Shown one piece after another: positions 13,592 through 26,800 of a stretch of 64,000 nucleotides of DNA. The stretch covers positions 74,090,001 to 74,154,000 of the forward strand of contig OX597815.1 of the NCBI GenBank assembly GCA_951406725.2, written 5' to 3'. The translations under genes were made by a program, and so were the position numbers. Every line of letters starts with the position of its first letter. The stretch's first letter is position 1. Below the pieces are notes generated by a model. It searched no databases and was not told where the DNA came from. It saw nothing but the letters and a program-made list of their open reading frames with translations. This DNA is from Octopus vulgaris. Taxonomy: Eukaryota.

Positions 13592-13626
13592 GTTTCCGAC
13601 GAAGAGCTCCGCTCGAAACGTCATAC
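13592..13626 (+). ncRNA. Hammerhead-like motif in a short Penelope-like element (~13510-13720)
   Basis: GTTT-CCGACGA-A-GAGC TCC GCTC-GAAAC GTC-ATAC. Core is U4->C relative to CUGANGA; perfect 4-bp stem II; self-complementary ACGT stem III; GUC triplet. Same family at 25620-25810 and 32535-32670. Confidence 0.55.
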
Positions 13627-14337
13627 CCTCCTTCTTCCATTTTCCTGAGCGCCTAATAATAATAATACTGTAATTGTTCCACGTGTTGTTGTTTTTTCTG
13701 TTTTCCCGTTTGGATTAACCTATATATATATATATATATATATAAAAAAAACAATAGTGGGTGGAAGGGAAGTGGAACGAAATGACGAATCGAATCGACC
13801 CTGACGTGAACGCGCTGTCAGACAATAATGTAATAAATAAAATATATGCATGCATACAAACATATATGTACGTACCTACATCTACATGTATATATACATG
13901 CATATATAAATATATATACGTGAGTACAGGACACCGCAACTAGACGTAGAACTCAACGAAAAACGAAAACGGACAAGCCATTTTTTTACAACAAAAAAAC
14001 AGAGACGAAACGGAAACGGGAAAAACATTATTTTTTACAACAGAAAAACAAGGTACAGGACACAATACACAAGGAAAAATCCCCAGTCATCAGCTGTCTC
14101 TAGCTAACTCAAGCGTGTTTCGAAGGATAAAACAGGACACGACTCGTCAACTAGTCCTTCACTGCGAGAGAATTAAAATAAAATTACCTTGCAGAGGGGC
14201 AAAAACAGACAAGAAAAAAATGTGACAAAAGCAGGACGTAAAATATATATACACATACATACATATATAAATATATATAGATGGTACATGTAATATAATA
14301 TGATATGATATAATACAATTCAAGAAATAAGCATTTA

Positions 14338-14544
14338 CGAGGGGTTGCTGAAAAGTTCCTGGCTTTTATGGTATCACAAAAGGACCAGTTGGGGGCCCAA
14401 CCTTCCAAGTTCTTTTATGGGGCTTAGAAAACTGAAGGACTGCTGCAATAAATGTGTAAATCTGAGAGGGGAATATGTTCAATAAAATCATAATTAACTG
14501 ATCCTCCTATATTTTCTTTTACCAAAAGCCAGGAACTTTTCAGG
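14338..14544 (+). mobile_element. Internally deleted mariner derivative (MITE)
   Basis: TA|CGAGGGGTTGCTGAAAAGTTCCTGGCTTTT ... AAAAGCCAGGAACTTTTCAG inverted termini. The interior encodes a transposase C-terminus remnant (KCVNLRGEYVQ*). Confidence 0.75.
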
Positions 14545-14799
14545 AAATTTGATTGGTGACTTATTTTCAAAGCATAATGGTGTGGTTAGGTAGAATGGGG
14601 TGTAAAAAATTAACAGTGAAATATAAATGTATTATAATAAGATTGTTAAAAGACCTTATTTAAAATGGCAACAAGTGTATTCAGAAGATAATTAATTAAT
14701 AATTAAATTGAATAAATAGGATCTCAAGTTGGGTGTTTGAAAAGTGAGATTATGATAAAAAATAAATTTAAAAATTCAATAACAGGTATACAATATACA

Positions 14800-14842
<43 letters not shown>

Positions 14843-15056
14843 TAAGTTGTGACATCACTGGTGCTACGTTGTATGAGCCTTTGCCTTTCCCTTGGATAAC
14901 ATCAGTGGCATGGAGAAGAGAGGGTGGTACACATGGACAACTGCTGGGCTTCCATAAACAACCTTTCCCATACTCGTGCCTCAGAGGGGAACTTTCTAGG
15001 TGCAATCCCATGGTCATTCATGACGGAAGGGAGTCTTTATATATATATATATATAT

Positions 15057-15280
15057 GGAGGCGCAATGGCCTAGTGGTTAGGGCAGCGGACTTGCGGTCG
15101 GAGGATCGCGGTTTCGATTCCCAGACCGGGCGTTGTGTGTGTTTATTGAGCGAAAACACCTAAAAGCTCCACGAGGCTCCGGCAGGAGGTGGTGATCCCT
15201 GCTGTACTCTTTCACCACTCTAAAGGCAGTGCTCCAGCATGGCCGCAGTCAAATGACTGAAACAAGTACAAAAAAAAAAA
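15057..15280 (+). mobile_element. tRNA-derived SINE (second family)
   Basis: A box TGGCCTAGTGG and B box GTTTCGATTCC; shared SINE tail GCAGTGCTCCAGCATGGCCGCAGTCAAATGACTGAAACAAGTA plus A-run. No pairing acceptor stem, so not a true tRNA. Confidence 0.75.
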
Positions 15281-15294
15281 AAAATATATATATA

Positions 15295-16561
15295 TAGGGT
15301 CATCCCATAAATAATGTAGTTTTTTTTATACTTCTTCTAATTTTCAAAATTAAGATGAGGGAAGTTCTTTTTTAATCTAAAATATACTCTTCTTCATTTT
15401 CTACAAAATTCTTCCATCTATCTAGTAGACTTGCAACACCTCTCTTCCAAAATTCACTAGTCCGTGATGATTAGATACTCCTCCAGTACTGTTCTAACCT
15501 CATCTACAGAATTCATATTTTTTCTGTCTAATTGGTTTTGAAGATTGCAGAATAAATACTAATCAGATGGGGCAATGTCCAGCAAATATGGTGGGTGGGG
15601 CATCGTTTCCCATTCTTACTGCTCCAGCCTTTGGAATGACATCCTTGCTGTATATGGCCGAGCATTATCCAGATGGAAGAACACCTTTTCGTCTTGAAAC
15701 CAAAGATGATTTAGTGCTGACTTAAGCTGCTCAAGCTGCTCACAGTAGATCTCCTTTGTTATCGCTTGGTTTGTGTTTAAAAGTTCAAAGTGGACTAAAC
15801 ATTTCATATCCCTCCAAACAGATAACACCTTACCCTGGTGAAGATCTGGGGTGCCTGTGTTTCTCTATTCCCTACCCACTATCTTCAGCACTTTACATTT
15901 CTATAGAGAATCCATTTCTTGTCACAAGTCACTATTCTGTCCCAAAAAGGTTCATTCGTGTGACATGACAGCAAAGAAGAGAACACATTTACTCTCTGCA
16001 CATAATTAGACTCAGAAAGTTTGTAAGGAACCCATTGACCCAATTTGCTGACATTTCCAATGGTACGCAGGTGTTGATGAATGGATGAATGACCAAATCC
16101 AAGTATCTCTGCTAGTTCCTCAACAGTTATGATGGGATTTTATTCCACCAGGGTTTGCAGGAAGTCCTTGTTGAACTCTACAGATCTTCCAGGATGAAGC
16201 TCATCTTCTAGGCTGTAGTTTCCAGCTTGGAATTTCTGGAACCATCTTTAACACTGGCTTATGCTTATTGTCCAATCCCCATATACTGTATTAATATTCC
16301 TTACACTTTCCTTTGCGTTGTTGCCTTTATTGAACTCATAAAGTAAAATATGCTGAATATGCTCCTTTGTCACTTCCATTATAGTTTTGAAAAAATAACT
16401 ATTAAATTGGAACCGCACTTTTCAAAACTTGCACTAAGAATAAGCACAAGGTAAAATTACAACCTGCTTTTATAGTAAGTTGATGCAGGCAGTTTATCCT
16501 GTTCCCTGCAACTTTTAGTTCATGCCATTAAAAAAATCACATTATTTACAAGATGACCCAA
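15295..16561 (-). mobile_element. Full-length decayed mariner (DD34D) transposon
   Basis: TIRs GGGTCATCCCATAAATAATG / CATTATTTACAAGATGACCC in TA context, ~1.27 kb. Minus-strand peptide pieces (HFELL..NQAITKEIYCEQL, FHLDNARPYTA) with stops and frameshifts. Same family as 63039-64000. Confidence 0.9.
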
Positions 16562-18109
16562 TATATATATGACAGGTTTCCACACAGTTTCCATCTGCCA
16601 GATTTGCACAATGCATTATCAGCCTGGGGCTATAATAAAAGATATTGGCTCAAGGTACTATGTAGCTGGACTGAACCTCTAACCATGTAAAGTGAGCTGC
16701 TTTACCACACAGCTATGCTTGCAATCATATTTTTCATTCTAGTTGTTTGAACATTTACTCTTACTGTTCCATTATCATGCACCATTCTTTTACAATTTCT
16801 TATTTCTTATTTCTTTACTGCCCACAAGGGGCTACACACAGAGAGGATAAACAAGGACAGACAAAGGGATTAAGTCGATTATATTGACCCCAGTGTGAAA
16901 TTGGTACTTAATTTATCAACCCCCGAAAGGATGAAAGGCAAAGTCGACCCCGGCGGAATTTGAACTCAGAACATAAAGACAGACGAAATACAACTAAACA
17001 TGCTAACGTTTCTGCCAATTTCTGGCCAATTAATTTATTAATTAATTAATAAAACCAAATTTCAGCTATTATTTACTCTTCTTCATAAATTCACTCCAGC
17101 TTCAACAAAATCCACTCACAAAGCTTTAGTTGGCCAGACCCAAAGTAGAAGATACATGTCCAGAGTGTCATGCCGTGAAACTCAATCCAAACTACATGGT
17201 TAAGAAACAACTGTCTTAACTACACAGTTATGCTTACACAGTAGCTGTGAAAAATTTTAAATATACTACTACATTTTTGTGTATTCTTTTTACCTGTCTA
17301 ACTTAAGAATTCTTTCTCAGACACAATGATCAAAAGAAAAACAGTACAATCCTTGTGAATCCATGCATATTCATGAGTCAAAATACATATATTTCATTCA
17401 CTTAACATGACAGCATAGTCACAATGATAAGAGTCACTGTAAAACTGTTATGATGTCAAATTTGTTCCATTGATAAGAATGAGACTGTCACTCTCTTTAC
17501 TTGCAATAGTAATAATGAGATTAGAGAAAGACACACAAACTCATATGTGTGTACCACCCTCTCTTCTCCATGCCACTGGTGTTATCCAAGGGAAAGGCAA
17601 AGGCTCATACAACGTAGCACCAGTGATGTCACAACTTATCTCTACAGCTGAGTGAACTAGAGCAACATGAAATAGAGTGTCTTACTCATGAACACTGCCC
17701 AGAGTTATTTACTTTGAATTATTATCTCATATCTGATTAGCCTGTTATTACGTAACATGCTTCACGATTTTAGTATACATACCTTATTAGTATTTCCTCC
17801 TATGTTCTATATACTCTGGGAATCCATTAAGCCCTTTTCAGGGTTACTTTATTTGAATTCTTACTATCAGGTAACTAATTTCATGTTATTACATAACTGA
17901 CTTCACAATTTTGGTATTCATAACTTACTGGGAATTCCTAAAAACAAGATCCTGTGTAAGACAGTTTGGTATTTTGTGTAAATGCACAAAAGCTGTTTTA
18001 AGGGCTACATACTTTGTATTGTTGTTATTGGATTAGTGAAACAATTATGAGAATGGAACCCAGAGATAAGCCCTGCTTTCCCAGGAATTACCGGGTACAT
18101 CAGCTAGTA

Positions 18110-18172
<63 letters not shown>

Positions 18173-18386
18173 AAAAACAAAATAAAACACCATCCGAGCG
18201 TGGCCGTTCGCCAGCCTCGTCTGGCACCTGTGTCGGTGGCACATAAAATCACCCACTACACTCTCGGAGTGGTTGGTGTTAGGAAGGGCATCCAGCTGTA
18301 GAAACACTGCCAGATCTGACTGGCCTGGTGCAACCCATGCTAGCATGGAAAGCGGACGTTAAATGATGATGATGATGATGATGATG

Positions 18387-18425
<39 letters not shown>

Positions 18426-19716
18426 CGAGGGACGTTCAATAAGTAATGCCTCTGACCCACTTGTAGTTGGTTGATCTAGGTGAAATTTTGCATGTGCAAT
18501 TATTTATATCTCTATAGATTAAGTGGCAAATTACAGCTCTGAACTAATTGTGGTTTCTGATTTACAGGTGTTTGAACTCAGTCAAGTGTGAAATGGAGCC
18601 TGTTCAGTGTCGAGCAGTGATTCGGTTTTTGTATTTGAAAGGACGCACACCACGGGAGACTTTTGATGAAATGAAAGTAACTTGTGGTGATGATGCCCCA
18701 TCATATGACCTTGTAAAACACAGGCATCGTGAATTCAAGCATGGTCGGAACTCTGTGGAAACAGCTCCCAGATCTGGTTGCCCCCCTTCTGCCATTGATG
18801 AGGCATCTGTCCGTCAAGTTGAGGCTGCTATTTTGGAAGATCGACGCATAACTATTCGCCAAATAGCCCATGAGGTCAAGATTAGTACCGGGTCCGTGGA
18901 AACTATCATTCATGGCCATTTGCATATCCAAAAGTTGTTTGCCAGATGGATTCCCAGGTTGCTCACACCTTTCCAGAAGCAAGAACACGTCAAGTGCTCG
19001 AGGATGAATTTGGAGATGTGCCAAGAAGATGAGTCAAAATTTTTCAAAAGACTGATTACACAGGATGAAACCTGGGTCCATCACTATGATCCAGAGACCA
19101 AAGCCCAGTCAATGCAGTGGAAGCAACGTGACTCACCTCCTCCAAAGAAAGCAAGGGTGCAGCCCTCCGCTGGCAAGGTCGTGCTCACAGTCTTCTAGGA
19201 TCAGGGCGGAGTAGTGACGACAGAGTTCCTGGCAAGGGGCACCACAATTACAGGAGCCTATTATGCTTCACTTTTGAGGAATTTAAGAGAAGCTACCAAA
19301 ATCAAGAGGCGGGGCAAGATCAGGAAAGGCATCCTCTTCCTGCAGGACAACGCTCCGGTCCACAACTCGTGTGTCACCAGATCAGAAGCACAGGCATGCG
19401 GCTATGAACTCCTCGCCCATCCCCCCACTCTCCTGACCTTGCACCCTCTGATCTTCACCTCTTCCCAGCCATGAAGTTGTTTTTGAAAGGAAAGCGTTTC
19501 CCAGATGATGCAGCCTTGATTTCTGAAGTCACGTCGTGATTGGAGGACCAAGCTGGGGTCTTCTACAAAAACGGTCTCCAGAGCTGCATCAAACGATGGG
19601 AAAATGTGTAACTCTGGGTGGTTCCTATGTAGAAAAAGACTAATAACTGTGCCAAGTTTCGTTGCTCTACTGCTATGGGAAGTGGGTTAGGGGCATTACT
19701 TATTGAACGCCCCTCG
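18426..19716 (+). mobile_element. Full-length mariner transposon, relatively young
   Basis: TA TSD. TIRs CGAGGGACGTTCAATAAGTAATGCCTCTGACCCACTT / AAGTGGGTTAGGGGCATTACTTATTGAACGCCCCTCG. 1291 bp, inserted in (TA)n. Confidence 0.95.
18593..19643 (+). pseudogene. Mariner transposase pseudogene
   Basis: MEPVQCRAVIRFL HTH start, WIPRLL motif, catalytic ITQDETW, LQDNAPVH and SPDLAPSDF. TGG->TAG stop at 19196-19198, a frameshift near 19420 and a further stop near 19537. Confidence 0.92.
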
Positions 19717-19722
19717 TATATA

Positions 19723-19754
<32 letters not shown>

Positions 19755-19840
19755 GTAGGTCCCGGGTTGATTCGGGGTTAACCACAGTAAATAAGGTACT
19801 CAATACATAGCAGAGTAAAATTAATTTATTATATAGAAGG

Positions 19841-19891
19841 AGCTTCTACAGGACTAGAACTGTTTCATTCAAGAGAAATCTTCAGGAAGCT
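19841..19891 (-). ncRNA. Type I hammerhead ribozyme in a Penelope-like short element (~19757-20104)
   Basis: Minus strand reads AGCTTC-CTGAAGA-T TTC TCTT GAA T-GAAACAG TTCTAGTC CTGTA-GAAGCT: perfect 6-bp stem I, intact CUGAAGA and GAAA core, stem III ACAG/CTGT, GUA cleavage site. Confidence 0.8.
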
Positions 19892-20214
19892 AGTTAACAA
19901 GAATTGTATTGGCATTTATACATTTAGGCAGGTTTAAAGGGGTGGTGGTGCAGGACTTTTTGGGGGTAGGCATAGCGCAAAAATATCATACTTGGAGGAG
20001 TGGTTAAGGAGTCAGTGGTAAATTAGATAAATGAATAAATAAAAGAATAAAAAAATATATAGAAGAATAGAGTTTTAGGTAAATAAGGAGATTCTCACTT
20101 ATACCTATACACATATGTATACATATATACACACACACACACACATATACATACACACATACATACACACACACATATATACATACACATATATATACAT
20201 ACATATATCTACAT

Positions 20215-20228
<14 letters not shown>

Positions 20229-20253
<25 letters not shown>

Positions 20254-20462
20254 TACACACACACATGCATATACATATACACACACACATGTATATATAC
20301 ACACACGACCACACATACATATACACACAAAAAAAATATATACATACACACACATACACATACACACATACACACACATATCCACATACACACATGCACA
20401 CACAACACACAAGTCCCTATATACACATATATACATATACACACACATATATATATATATAT

Positions 20463-20498
<36 letters not shown>

Positions 20499-20855
20499 GT
20501 GTACCTATACATACCTACACATACACACATATATATACATACAAATACAAACCCATTCCCTAATTTTAATTTTATTATCTTCATTTATTACTTTTGTTAT
20601 CTTTGACCGCTGGTCACAAGCATCTTGGCTACGACAGCAAGTTCATTTATCTTTCTACTTGAACACAAGCACTCACTCACGCACGCACACTCACTCATTC
20701 GCACACTCATACACATACACGCACGTACGCGTTATATTCATACATACATACATCTACATACATTCACATATATACACATACGTACGCGTACCTACAGATT
20801 CATGTCTACACGCTTAGAAGACTAGTCTATTATACACCTACATACAAATACATAC

Positions 20856-20908
<53 letters not shown>

Positions 20909-21033
20909 TATACATACATACATACACCCATACATACATACATATATACACATACACACACCCACACGTATCCATATACATACATATACGCGCATGCATA
21001 CACACACACATACATACACATACACATATATAT

Positions 21034-21078
<45 letters not shown>

Positions 21079-21577
21079 TACATATACATACATACATATA
21101 CATATATACACACACACATACATACACATATACACATACACACACATACACATATACATGCGTACCCATACACACACACACGCGCATCCATATATACACA
21201 TAAGTACACACATGCGTAAAAGTATACATATATCTATACATATGCTTACACATACACACACACACACGTGCCTCCTTATGTTCATACTTACATGCATACC
21301 CAAAAAATAAATAATAAAATATATAATAAAATATATATATTAAAATATATATACGTGCAGTTATTCATATACATACATGCATACTCAAAGAATAAATAAT
21401 AAATATTAAGTATATATACGTGCAGTTACCTATTATACAGACGGATCACATATTGTATGTGCACGCTTGTATATGTGTATCGTATATATGTATAGAAATG
21501 TATGGGTATAGTAGGAATATACGCATGTATTATGTGTGTGTGTGTGTGTATGTATATAAAAAAATAAAAAAATAAAA

Positions 21578-21634
<57 letters not shown>

Positions 21635-21956
21635 TATATGTATATATGTGTGTATGCATATGTATGTGTATATGTATGTGTGTATGTATGTGTATGTATA
21701 TATAAAATATTATATAATTAGGGCTTAGTAAAATAAATTACTTTGCCACATACTGAACTTTCTAGAAATAGCAGCCAAAAAAGTTTTTTAGCCATTTCCA
21801 CTACTTAAAGAAAATTTTCTCTCAGACAATGTTTACTCAAAAAAATAATGGTCCTTTTACATACTGAATACTTGGTGAAATTGATTAATAACTAATTAAC
21901 TTTACCCTCAATTGTTGATATATATATATGTGTATATGTATATGTATATATATATA

Positions 21957-22001
<45 letters not shown>

Positions 22002-22002
22002 A

Positions 22003-22041
<39 letters not shown>

Positions 22042-22879
22042 GTATATGTGTGTGTATATATATATTTATATATATATATATATATATGTGTATGTGTATG
22101 TGTATATGTATATATGTGTGTATATATATATATATATAAGTGTACGCGAGTATGTCGATGTATATGTAGGTATGTAAAGTTATGTGTATGTGCATGTATG
22201 TGTGTGTATATACAGATTGTAGATGGGTATATATATGTGTGTGTATATATACATATGTATATGTATATATGTATGTGTGTGTGTATATATATATATATAT
22301 ATGCATATGTGGGTATGTAGAGTTATACGTATGTGCATGTGTATGTGTATGTATATATATATATATGTATGTGTATGTGTATGTATGTATATATATGTGT
22401 GTGTGTGAGTATGTGTGTATATGTATGTATATATGTATATATGTGTGTATGTGTAGGTGTGTGTATATATATATGTATATATATGTATATGTATGTATAT
22501 GTGTATATGTGTATATATATATATATGTGTATATATATATATACATATACATATATATACATATATGTGAATATGTGTGTGTATGTGTACATATGTGTAT
22601 ATGTGTATATATGTATATATATGTATATGTGTATATATATTTATATGTGTGTAAGTGTGTGTATATATGTATATGTAAGTGTGTATGTGTGTATGAGTAT
22701 GTATGTATGTTTGCACACATGTATATATATATATATATATATATGTATATGTGTGTATGTATATGTATATGTATGTGTGTGTGTATGTATATATGTATGT
22801 GTGTGTGTGTATGTGTGTATATGTATATGTATGTGTATGTATGTATATGTATATGTGTATGTGTATATGTGTATATGTG

Positions 22880-22918
<39 letters not shown>

Positions 22919-22962
22919 ATGTGTATGTGTGTGTATGCATATGTATGTATATGTGTGTGTGT

Positions 22963-23028
<66 letters not shown>

Positions 23029-23596
23029 GTGTGTGTATGTATATGTATGTATGTATATATGTGTGTGTATGTGTATGTGTATATGTACATATACGTGTAC
23101 GCTCGTGTGTTTATGTATATGTAGGTACGTAGAGTTATGTATGTGTGTATGTATATGTACATATGTGTAGGTATGTATATATATATATATATATATATAG
23201 ATGTATATATATGTGTGTAAGTTTATATGTATGTATCCGTCTGTATAATAGGTAACTGCACGTATATATACTTAATATTTATTATTTATTCTTTGAGTAT
23301 GCATGTATGTATATGAATAACTGCACGTATATATATTTTAATATATATATTTTATTATATATTTTATTATTTATTTTTTGGGTATGCATGTATGAACATA
23401 AGGAGGCACGTGTGTGTGTGTGTATGTGTAAGCATATGTATAGATATATGTATACTTTTACGCATGTGTGTACTTATGTGTATATATGGATGCGCGCGTG
23501 TGTGTGTATGGGTACGCATGTATATGTGTATGTGTGTGTATGTGTATATGTGTGTGTGTATATATGTATATGTATGTATGTATATGTATGTGTGTG

Positions 23597-23639
<43 letters not shown>

Positions 23640-23769
23640 ATATATATGTGTATGTGTATGTATGTGTGTGTGTATGCATGCGCGTATATGTATGTATATG
23701 GATACGTGTGGGTGTGTGTATGTGTATATATGTATGTATGTATGGGTGTATGTATGTATGTATATATAC

Positions 23770-23837
<68 letters not shown>

Positions 23838-24470
23838 TTGTATGTAGGTGTATAATAGACTAGTCTTCTAAGCGTGTAGACATGAATCTGTAGGTACGCG
23901 TACGTATGTGTATATATGTGAATGTATGTAGATGTATGTATGTATGAATATAACGCATACGTGCGTGTATGTGTATGAGTGTGCGAATGAGTGAGTGTGC
24001 GTGCTAATGAGTGTGCGTGCGTGAGTGAGTGCTTGTGTTCAAGTAGAAAGATAAATGGACTTGCTGTCGTAGCCAAGATGCTTGTGACCAGCGGTCAAAG
24101 ATAACAAAAGTAATAAATGAAGATAATAAAATTAAAATTAGGGAATGGGTTTGTATTTGTATGTATATATATGTGTGTATGTGTAGGTATGTATAGGTAC
24201 ACATATGTATATATATATATATATTTATGTATATATATATATATATATATGTGTGTGTATATGTATATATGTGTATATAGGGACTTGTGTGTTGTGTGTG
24301 CATGTGTGTATGTGGATATGTGTGTGTATGTGTGTATGTGTATGTGTGTGTATGTATATATTTTTTTTGTGTGTATATGTATGTGTGGTCGTGTGTGTAT
24401 ATATACATGTGTGTGTGTATATGTATATGCATGTGTGTGTGTATATATGTATATATATATATATATATAT
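20229..24470. repeat. Large inverted duplication (arms ~20229-21446 and ~23235-24470) around a ~1.8-kb microsatellite spacer
   Basis: Unique anchors match in reverse complement (e.g. CTTTGACCGCTGGTCACAAGCATCTTGGCTACGACAGCAAG; CAGTTACCTATTATACAGACGGAT). ORFs 20830..21303(-) and 23392..23847(+) are near-identical. Small substitutions and indels separate the arms. Confidence 0.92.
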
Positions 24471-24473
24471 ACA

Positions 24474-25537
24474 TTATTTGTCGGGTCTTTGCAGTCACAG
24501 CATATCTCCAGAGATCTCGGTCTTTCGTCATTGCCTCTGTGAGGCCCAACGTTCGAAGGTCATGCTTGACCACCTCATTCCATGTCTTCCTGGGTCTACC
24601 TCTTCCCCCGGATACCTTCAACTGTTTGGGAGTGGCACTTCTTCACACATCTCTCCTCATCCATCTGTAGTACATGACCATACCAGTGCAAATGTCTCTC
24701 TTGCACACCACATCCGATGCTTCTTATGTCCAGCACTTCTCCCAGGGTGCTTACACTCTGTCGTGTGTGCACACTGACATTACACATCCAGCGGATCATG
24801 CTAGCTTCATTTCTTTCAAGCCTATGCATGTCCTCTGCAGTCACAGCCCATGTTTCACTACCGTGAAGCATGGCAGTTCACACACATGCATCGTACAATC
24901 TACCTTTCTAACTTGGTCACCTAGGTAGCGGAAACTATCAACTACTTCTAGTTTCTTGCCCTGGAGTGTGATGGAATCTGTTTTCTGAGTATCTGTGGTG
25001 TCTATTGCCCCTGTGCATCTGCGCACATGAAAGCTATCTTCTCGGTTAATTTTCCTTTGATGCTGCTGCACCTCTTATGTGTCCATAGTGTACACTGGGT
25101 ACATCTTATGGAGTTTCTACTTACACCTTTTCTACAGATCGAGCAGGGTCACCTACCTGAGGGTGTGTGTGATGAGTTTGCCTTACTATAACTTTGGTCT
25201 TTGCTACATTTACTCTAAGGCCTTTTGATTCTAAACCTAGCTTCCACACCTGAAATTTCTTTTCTAGTTCCAGTAGTGATTCTGCTATGAGGGCTAGGTC
25301 ATCAGCATAGAGGAGCTCCCAGGGGCAACCCGTCTTGAATTCCTCTGTTATTGCCTGGAGGACTATGATGAATAGAAGGGGACTGAGGGCTGAACCTTGT
25401 TGGACCCCTACTTCTACCCGGAATTCTTCACTATACTCATTGCCAATCCTAACCTTACTAATGGCCTCTCTGTATAGGGTCTGTACAGCCCTTATCAACC
25501 ATTCATCAATCTCCAGTTTCCGCATTGCCCACCAGAT

Positions 25538-25543
<6 letters not shown>
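24474..25543 (-). mobile_element. RTE LINE fragment (RT domain to C-terminus), decayed
   Basis: GVQQGSALSPLLFIIVL, LLYADDLAL, LHGSETWAVT, RGRPRKTW; frameshifted. Confidence 0.92.
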
Positions 25544-25591
<48 letters not shown>

Positions 25592-25592
25592 T

Positions 25593-25623
<31 letters not shown>

Positions 25624-25714
25624 GGGAGAAATCACAACAAAAAACAAAAGACGAAGACAGGTGGTGTAGACAACAAACAGATGTATTAGTATAACACTCG
25701 GGAAGTGAAAAAGT

Positions 25715-25750
25715 TTTTAACGTTTCGAGCCTACGCCCTTCCACAGAAAG
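25715..25750 (-). ncRNA. Hammerhead-like motif (variant core) in a short Penelope-like element 25620-25810
   Basis: CTTT-CTGTGGA-A-GGGC GTAG GCTC-GAAAC GTT-AAAA. Stems are present but the core deviates from CUGANGA at A6. Confidence 0.45.
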
Positions 25751-26769
25751 GAACACAGAAAAAAACAAGGAGAGAAAATAAAGAAGGTGTAGTGGCTAGC
25801 AATCTATCATATATACATATATATATATATATATATACATATACCTATACATATATATATATACATGAGTGTGTGTGTGGCTGTCTATTTTTGTTCGCCT
25901 GCCACCATCTAACAACAGGTACGTATATTTATGTACGTTGGTATGTTAATATCCGTCATAACTTAGCAGTTTGGCAAGGAAATTTATAGAATAAGTACCA
26001 GAATTAAATATAAAATTAAGTAATCAGGTTCATTTCTTCATTCAGAATCCTTCAAAGCACGGCCGGAGTTCAATGACTAAAAGAAGTAAAAGATAGATCT
26101 GAGATTAGTAAATACATTTTTAATTGTATGAAAGATATACAGCTCATGGTTTTAAATGAGAGATAATACAAAGTTAAGATGCTCCCTAATTTCAATCTCA
26201 AGTTTACTATATATGTATTCTGAAGATATTAATGAAATTTGGAAGAAAAAGATGAAAATTGACGAAGCAGTTAGCCTAAATAAATAACGATTTGTATTTA
26301 TAGTACTGCAGCCACAATTAAAATTCGAAATATTGGCAGGTCTAAGGGAGATAACGTATATTGTATATTGTCATATTATCGTTAAACGAACTGCTAATAA
26401 GGCGAGGATATAATTGAGTTACAGTTATTTAGGAATGTACAGGTATTTAAAATGATACAATTTATTGAAAGGTACTGGAGAATAACAAATAATTTCAAAG
26501 TTTACTATTTATAATAAGTTAAATGTACTAGGACATTAAAAGGGCTTTAGACAATTGTAATATTTAAAAAAATTAGAATAAGAACTGTATGTAACTAATA
26601 CTTGTGACGTGTGTGTGTGTGTGTGTGTGTGTGTTGTGTAAAATGTCATCATCATCATCGTCATCATCATTTAACGTCCGTTGTCCATGCTGACATGGGT
26701 TGGATGGTTTGACCAGGGCTGGCCAGCTGGAAGGCTGCAACAGACTCTAGTCTGATTTGGCATGGTTTC

Positions 26770-26800
<31 letters not shown>

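Noticed and set aside
14081-14128. Minus-strand GAAA...CTGATGA (type II hammerhead order)
   Set aside because: Core boxes are present but stems I and II do not pair convincingly in this copy.
15060-15132. Possible tRNA gene
   Set aside because: A and B boxes are present but the acceptor stem does not pair, and it continues into a SINE body and tail.
20004-24777. Many long ORFs rich in YI/CV/HT (also 35689-40510 and elsewhere)
   Set aside because: Translations of (TA)n/(TG)n/(CA)n microsatellites, which lack stop codons; no protein signal.
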